64,000 nucleotides of DNA from Candidatus Woesebacteria bacterium (GTDB lineage: Bacteria > Patescibacteriota > Microgenomatia > UBA1400 > UBA1396), in contig JAJOJK010000015.1 of the NCBI GenBank assembly GCA_021208605.1, positions 343 through 64,342 on the forward strand, read 5' to 3'. Below, one piece after another: positions 58,192-64,000 of this stretch. The translations under genes were made by a program, and so were the position numbers. The notes beneath the pieces were generated by a model, which saw only the letters and a program-made list of their open reading frames with translations, did not search any database and had not been told where the DNA came from. How positions within the stretch are numbered: position 1 is the first letter of the stretch; each line of letters begins with the position of its first letter.

Positions 58192-59905
58192 ATGAAAAAA
58201 ATGCGCGCTACTTTTGATAGACACTGCTTTGTCATCGTCTCGACTATTGCCATTCTTACTATTGAAATCATTCTGGCCACAATTCTCATCCGTGGAAGCG
58301 TATACCGTCTGCAGACCATGGCCCAAGAAAGACTGGAAGCCGATGCTGACCGCTTTTTCACACGAACAGGTGAGCAGTTTAATGCCGGAAGGAACACTTT
58401 GCGTGCCTTGCATGGACTCTATGCAGGCAGCAGGTTTGTGGGTCGCGCAGAGTTCAGCAATTTTTTGGAAATTTCTCAGTTTTTTGAGTCATACCCAGGT
58501 TTTACTGCTGTTGCCTATGTGCCACAAGTCACAGCTGATAAACTCACTGAGTTTGAGGAGTCCGTTCGTACTGATACGAGTTTGCGCTCTGAAGGCTACC
58601 CGAACTTCCAGGTAACTCCTGCGGGAAAAAGAGAAGTATACTGGCCCGTAACCTACATTGCTCCTGAAGCAGAAAATGAATCACTACTCGGCGTTGACCA
58701 GGCTTCAGAGGAGTTTCGTGCCAAAAACATCGCCCAAGCCAGAGATACTGGAGATATTGCTGTTTCCAATATTCTCCAACTCCAGCAAGGGGGCACAGGC
58801 ATCATTGTGGTAGAACCACTCTATGCTAGCCCAAATATTCCATCCACGGTTGAGGAAAGAAGAGAAAAATTTCTGGGAACAGTAGCAACTTCTATTCAAT
58901 CGAATCAGTTCTTCCAGCCAATATTTGAACAAACTAATATTCATACTCACAACATAGATATCTTTGCCCTGACAAACTCAGATGTACGCGTGGATATTCT
59001 CAGAAAAAGTGACACTCTCACAGTCTTTGATGTTTTGTACGGAACTGTAACCACCGAACGAATTGGCCGCCCCACCGACGGCGTACTCTACAACTTTTTG
59101 TTTTCCGCACCAGCCAGCACCTTTTTGAGCCAAGACGAGAAACTGGAACCCTTTATTCTCTTCGGGTTCTTCACATTTGCAGGAATCGGAACCGTTGCAG
59201 CTATACTTATCTCGCAGCGCATGAAATTTTTGGCTGATTACCGCGAACGCTACACTTTCATTCGCACACTTTCTCATCAGCTGCGCACACCGCTGACAAA
59301 ACTGAACTGGAGCCTTGAACTGCAAGATGCTCAAAAAGGCTCTGATATTTCCAACGATGCTCGAGGAAGCATCCACACTCTCAATTCTCTTGTGCAACAC
59401 ATGATAGCTTATCTAGACACACAAACCGAAAAAAACAACCGTATAAACAGAAAAAACATCTCAATAGCAAAGCTTTACCAGGCTGCACTTGCACGTATTC
59501 CATCGAATATCAACACTGAGCGAGTTACTCTTGCATCTCCATTACCGAAAAAAACGATTCACGTGCCAGCAGATAAGCTAGCCCTTTCACTCAGTGACAT
59601 TATTGAAAATGCTTTGCTGTACTCAGATGAATCAGCACCGGTAGTGATAGATTTTGCTGTCAAAAAAAATGCTCTAGTAGTCACGATATCCGACTCGGGT
59701 ATTGGGATCCCTTCAAAGGAACACTACCGCGTATTTGATGAGTTCTTCCGCGGATCAAATGCGTCACTCAAAAAAAAATGCTGGTAGCGGGGTCAGTCTC
59801 TACTTAGCCAAAAAAGTAATTAACAGCATTGGTGGGTCGATCCAATTTGAGAGTCAGGAAAATCACGGCACAACATTCACCTTGGAAATTCCTCTCAACA
59901 CATGA
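58192..59905 (+). pseudogene. CHASE-domain sensor histidine kinase with a +1 frameshift in the A9 run 59770-78
   Basis: CHASE (Y.PV.YI.P...NE..LG.D), SHQLRTP, ENAL.YS, DSGIGI; the G2 box NAGSGVSL lies in the other frame. Confidence 0.85.
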
Positions 59906-59907
59906 AA

Positions 59908-59931
59908 AACGGCCGAAGTAATTCGGCCGTT
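59908..59931. terminator. hairpin between convergent genes
   Basis: AACGGCCGAA-GTAA-TTCGGCCGTT. Confidence 0.75.
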
Positions 59932-59954
59932 CCCTTGTTTGTTTCGTTCAGAAC

Positions 59955-60404
59955 TTATCGCGAAACTTGTACCGTTTCACTGTTCTCTGCATTGGGAGCA
60001 GAGACAGTCACGATATTGTTTGCATCGACAGCGACTTCATAGCCAGTATTGGTTCCGTTTCCTTCAGAAGGATCCAGTGGCATAGAAGCGAGGAAGGCAG
60101 AAAGAGTAGCTGCAAGATCAACACAGGAACCACAGCTTCCGATTTCTGTAGTAGACATGGAAGTGGTCAAACCAACAGGCAAGTCACCATCATTATCCAC
60201 AATGTGCTGATGCACGGCAGTCAAAATACTATTCACGTCATTCCAACGACGAGCATTGCGAGCGTCTGCAAAACGCGTGACTGGGTCAAGTGCCACAAAC
60301 ACAACGGTTGCTAGGATAGAGATAATGGCGATAACGACCAGTACCTCAATGAGTGTAAAACCTTTTCGATTCATTTGGTGTAATTGTTGCTTGAAGCGCA
60401 ACAT
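59955..60404 (-). CDS. type IV pilin-like protein
   Basis: KGFTLIEVLVVIAII.IL prepilin motif; P.DP. Confidence 0.92.
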   Translation of the reverse strand: MLRFKQQLHQMNRKGFTLIEVLVVIAIISILATVVFVALDPVTRFADARNARRWNDVNSILTAVHQHIVDNDGDLPVGLTTSMSTTEIGSCGSCVDLAATLSAFLASMPLDPSEGNGTNTGYEVAVDANNIVTVSAPNAENSETVQVSR

Positions 60405-60418
60405 GTTTCCCTTTCTTT

Positions 60419-61465
60419 TTATAACGCGTCTTGCCCTACAATAACTATCAGATCATATTCAGCATCAATGGGCAAGACAGAAATTTCCCGTAAATCATCT
60501 AAACCAATGGTTTCTTCTACCCAAGAGAGCATCGCTTCCATCTCTGGACGCGGCTTGAGTTGCACGGCTGTTACTTCATAGGTAAAACTCTCTGCATTGG
60601 CGGTATCGACAAGCCGTACACGCTCCTCTTGAAACTCCAACGCAACTTCTTCCGCTCTGCCAGTAACACCAGTGCCATTTTGAATGAGTACACGATACTC
60701 CTGTGGTGCCACAGTCGGCTGTGGTGTGGGGAGCGGTGGAGTGGGTTCTGGAGTTGGTGAGGGAAGAACAGGCTGCTCCAACTCGGTTGTATTTTGTATC
60801 CAGAAAGATACCTCTGGCATTTTCCCCGTTTGCCAAACATACACTCCAACAGCAATCCCTGCGACAAAGCTTACAACGAGCAGAGCCACCATAACTCGTG
60901 CAATCAAAATGGGCCAACGAATACCCTTTCGCCCATACGTGATACAGGTCTCGTCTCTCAGAGCACTTTCCACAATCGGATCCACATCAAGTAATTCAGC
61001 TTCGTGCTCTGACAAAAAAGAGCCTAAAACTTTGCCAGAAATCTTTGCCTGCTGTAAGAGTGTTTCGTAAACATATATGACTGGAACATACGCATGACCA
61101 GTAACTAACTTTTTATGTGTTCTTACGCCATACAAAAAAACATCTTTGTCAGAAAATTCTTCTGGAATGCGCGTGCGTAATTCTTCATAGACCGTTTCAT
61201 TCAGATCTTGATTGCCTTCGGTTATGTTCACGCTAAATTCAGATCGGTAGACTACTGAGTCATCGAGCACCACACTCACTCGTTTCGCAGAAGTAATCTG
61301 AAGCAACCCTTCTAAAACTTCTGCCAACGAATCATCATCCCATGCAGCCGTAAAATGTGTGTCTATTCTGACGCGTCCAGATCGACCATGCACCGAGTAG
61401 AGTGACACTGTCGAACGAGCTACGTACAACACATACGCTACTTGTTGTGACATTAAGCGAATCAT
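60419..61465 (-). CDS. membrane protein with LytR C-terminal domain
   Basis: TM helix, Pro linker, VLIQNGTGVTGRA...D..VIVG.D. Confidence 0.75.
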   Translation of the reverse strand: MIRLMSQQVAYVLYVARSTVSLYSVHGRSGRVRIDTHFTAAWDDDSLAEVLEGLLQITSAKRVSVVLDDSVVYRSEFSVNITEGNQDLNETVYEELRTRIPEEFSDKDVFLYGVRTHKKLVTGHAYVPVIYVYETLLQQAKISGKVLGSFLSEHEAELLDVDPIVESALRDETCITYGRKGIRWPILIARVMVALLVVSFVAGIAVGVYVWQTGKMPEVSFWIQNTTELEQPVLPSPTPEPTPPLPTPQPTVAPQEYRVLIQNGTGVTGRAEEVALEFQEERVRLVDTANAESFTYEVTAVQLKPRPEMEAMLSWVEETIGLDDLREISVLPIDAEYDLIVIVGQDAL

Positions 61466-61833
61466 GTTTCCTTTTGTTCTGCAAAGTACTGTTCAACCCG
61501 ACTCACCACTGAATCTAAGCTGACATCACTTTTAATGATAATATCTTCTACAGTAGCAGATTTCTGGTCCGTTGGGAAATTAGTGAGAATGATAACCGGG
61601 ATACGTTCCCTCTCTTCTTGAGACATACGATTTAAAAAGTCACACCCATCACTCCGGGGCATAAGTAGGTCGAGCAGCACCATATCTACCGTTTGGGAAT
61701 CAAGCACTTGCCGACCTTCAATTCCGTCATGTGCACTTAATACGGTGTAATCTGCTTGTTCTAATTTGTACTTCACTGCTTGGAGCAACGACGGTTCATC
61801 TTCCAAAATCAAGACAGTCTTTTGGGGACTCAT
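61462..61833 (-). CDS. single-domain response regulator
   Basis: LILEDE, LLDLLMP..DG, ILTN, IIK. Confidence 0.9.
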   Translation of the reverse strand: MSPQKTVLILEDEPSLLQAVKYKLEQADYTVLSAHDGIEGRQVLDSQTVDMVLLDLLMPRSDGCDFLNRMSQEERERIPVIILTNFPTDQKSATVEDIIIKSDVSLDSVVSRVEQYFAEQKET

Positions 61834-62249
61834 TCTTCCATCCATTCTGTGACCGAAACAACACTGCCTCGATCTGCTTCTACACTATGTACTGCAACAT
61901 TCCCTTCAAAATTTGATTCTACCGTAAATTCCCACGCGTCACCAACCTGTGCATCGAGCGTCAAGTCACACGTGCCTTCTGGGGTGGTGAGCGAAGTCGG
62001 AAGCGACTCAGTTTCATTAATGACGAGTAACGCTTCCTCCACGCAGCTATCAGCTAAAAATCGCGTTTGTGCACCTTGTCGATAACTGAAACTGCCTTGT
62101 AGGCCATTGATCGAAAGCAGAGTAACGGAAGTCCCGAGCACTACAATCACCACTCCGATAACCAGCACCGAGGCAACCGCAGCAAACCCCGAACGCGCCG
62201 GATTCACTGGCACTCTAATTGGCTGATCGTAACTCAACGCTTCCCGCAT
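61830..62249 (-). CDS. PilX-like minor pilin
   Basis: SGFAAVASVLVI, A.SC.EEAL. Confidence 0.7.
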   Translation of the reverse strand: MREALSYDQPIRVPVNPARSGFAAVASVLVIGVVIVVLGTSVTLLSINGLQGSFSYRQGAQTRFLADSCVEEALLVINETESLPTSLTTPEGTCDLTLDAQVGDAWEFTVESNFEGNVAVHSVEADRGSVVSVTEWMEE

Positions 62250-62763
62250 ATGACTCCGTTCTTTGCCATTCTGCTCGCCCGCCATCGTACTCAACCGTCA
62301 CGCTGAAAAAAACGTGCTCCGAATTTGCTTGCGAGAAATCACTAAAATCGAAACTGGATACCGCCACACTTGAATCACTGAACTGTTCATCAAAACTCAA
62401 ACTAGAACAGTCACTTCCACCGCCACCCCACGCAATTCTGGCAGTATTGTTCGTTCTATAGATCCGTACCGGAGATCGATTGGGCACACTCGAAATCAAA
62501 CAAATATCATTCGCACTCGCAGAAACAATACTCTGAGCATTCCGTACCTCGTACTGTACACGCTGGGCAATATTTTGAATATTGGCAGCCACCGTAAGCT
62601 GCACATCTGATTGCTGCTGCGCTAAAACCAAATTCAGCCCTAGCAAAGTAATACTGCTCATAATGAGACTCGTGAGTGCAATATAGATCAGTAGCTCAAT
62701 CAACGTAAAGCCACCCTGGGAAGTGTTATTTTTAGATGATTTGAGAGTGTTCAATACATGCAT
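62215..62763 (-). CDS. minor pilin (prepilin N-terminal motif)
   Basis: GGFTLIELLIYIAL. Confidence 0.88.
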   Translation of the reverse strand: MHVLNTLKSSKNNTSQGGFTLIELLIYIALTSLIMSSITLLGLNLVLAQQQSDVQLTVAANIQNIAQRVQYEVRNAQSIVSASANDICLISSVPNRSPVRIYRTNNTARIAWGGGGSDCSSLSFDEQFSDSSVAVSSFDFSDFSQANSEHVFFSVTVEYDGGRAEWQRTESYAGSVELRSAN

Positions 62764-62771
62764 AGCTACTT

Positions 62772-64000
62772 TTAGTTTGGTGTAATTACCGATATCTCCG
62801 CTGAGTTGTTTGCTCCGCCAACAAATATGGCATCTTTCTCACTGGAGTAAAAAAGTCGAAAAGGTGTGTTGGGAACATCAATGCTTGCTAAAGCGGGGAG
62901 AGCAGGCAGCGCTGAAAAATCACTGGCATCGATGACTAAGAAATCTTCGGCATTGTCATCAGTCACTAGGTAAATGTAGCCATGCGCATACGAAATATCA
63001 TCAACATTCGTGCCAATTTCCACAGTAGATAGCAAACTTGGTGCTGTGGGACTACTGATATCGTAAGCATAGAGTTCTGGCGCGGTGGAACTTTGCCTCC
63101 CGACTAACAAAACATCATTGCCGGCATAGAAAACAGCGGTTGCATTGGCATTATTATTGCCACTATTCATGTCGACTACCGCAGCTCGCGAATAGTCACC
63201 CGTGCTCATAATTTGTATCTCAGCATTGTTTTGGGCGCTGGTGACATAGGCGTAATCACCCACTATTTCCATCCCGGTGGCAGATCCCTGAAACTGATTG
63301 CCCGATCCTGCAATACTCGGACTCAACGGAGTAGAGATGTCAAACTCTAGAAACTCATCACCACCGGCGCGAATACCAAATAGTGAACCATTGGACACCT
63401 CAACAGCTTCCAGATTTCCGTTTGCGCTCCCAGAGTTAGCGTTCGTCAAGTTGAGAGAACCAAATCCAGCTGAGCTCAAGTTAGAGGGATCAGAAATATC
63501 AATTACTTGAAGCTCTTGAGCATCGTTGTCTGTGGCCATGTAGGCATAGTCGCCCCATATCTCAATATCATTCACCGTATCAAGCAACTGGCGCTGACAA
63601 TTGGCACACAGCGAAGGTGAATTGAGTGCAGTGAAATCAATTGCTACCAATTCGGTACCGTTGGAGTTGGTGCGACCCGCAAACAAATAGTTATTCCAGT
63701 AATTCAATGCATTTACGTTTGCTGTGGCGTTGCCACTGTTTGCAGCACTCAAATCAAAATCAATCAATAGGGAGATATCTGACCAGTCACCTATGACCGC
63801 TTTCATAAAGTTCGCGAGGTAACTCACGAGCGTCACTTGCAAGGACCGCTGCGGGGTAAACTGCCAGCTCACTTCAGATTCTACCCGTACGACATCGGCG
63901 TCTTCTACACCTCCGCTAGTCACGAACTCTGTACTCCCATTTCGCTGCGCCGGCAAAACACGAATAACCCGTGTAAAACCATCCTGCGTCGTATTCGAAC
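62772..64000 (-). CDS. pilus-associated protein with LVIVD-like beta-propeller repeats (5' end outside the window)
   Basis: Repeats of GDYAY...LQVIDISDP; frame open to the window edge. Confidence 0.75.
   Translation of the reverse strand, partial: SNTTQDGFTRVIRVLPAQRNGSTEFVTSGGVEDADVVRVESEVSWQFTPQRSLQVTLVSYLANFMKAVIGDWSDISLLIDFDLSAANSGNATANVNALNYWNNYLFAGRTNSNGTELVAIDFTALNSPSLCANCQRQLLDTVNDIEIWGDYAYMATDNDAQELQVIDISDPSNLSSAGFGSLNLTNANSGSANGNLEAVEVSNGSLFGIRAGGDEFLEFDISTPLSPSIAGSGNQFQGSATGMEIVGDYAYVTSAQNNAEIQIMSTGDYSRAAVVDMNSGNNNANATAVFYAGNDVLLVGRQSSTAPELYAYDISSPTAPSLLSTVEIGTNVDDISYAHGYIYLVTDDNAEDFLVIDASDFSALPALPALASIDVPNTPFRLFYSSEKDAIFVGGANNSAEISVITPN

Noticed and set aside
1-64000. Genetic code 25 for the whole genome
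   Set aside because: Long genes are intact under code 11 and several end at TGA with sensible C-termini

Overview
This is a 64 kb bacterial window whose gene style (compact sigma70, accessory-rich, type IV pilin cluster) suggests Patescibacteria/CPR; the taxonomy is an inference. The housekeeping backbone is radC, xseAB, frameshifted recQ, mpg, rdgB, murI, dnaG and rpoD, with tRNA-Ser(GGA). Main highlights: (1) a tRNA-Asn(GTT) split by a 280-nt group I intron inside the anticodon (35/36); (2) a ~16.2 kb AT-rich, capsid-less satellite-like element integrated at that tRNA, with a large serine recombinase whose reading frame runs through its own att site, an interleaved RNA stem pair in the recombinase leader, prim-pol/helicase, SpoVG, Ltp, a CD-NTase+SLATT (CBASS-like) pair and a two-component/MacAB cargo with CiaR-like boxes, followed by an older decayed island; (3) a four-gene nucleotide module (catalytically divergent GTP cyclohydrolase II-like, archaeal-type UMP kinase, uridine kinase, HAD) wedged antisense between dnaG and rpoD; (4) a dispersed inverted-repeat family (GGAGACACCCCTAGGCC) that brackets either 65 bp or the whole mpg gene; (5) a partial C50-carotenoid cluster; (6) pervasive -10 boxes 6-7 nt before start codons, suggesting leaderless mRNAs. 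All calls come from manual motif reading; no searches were run.
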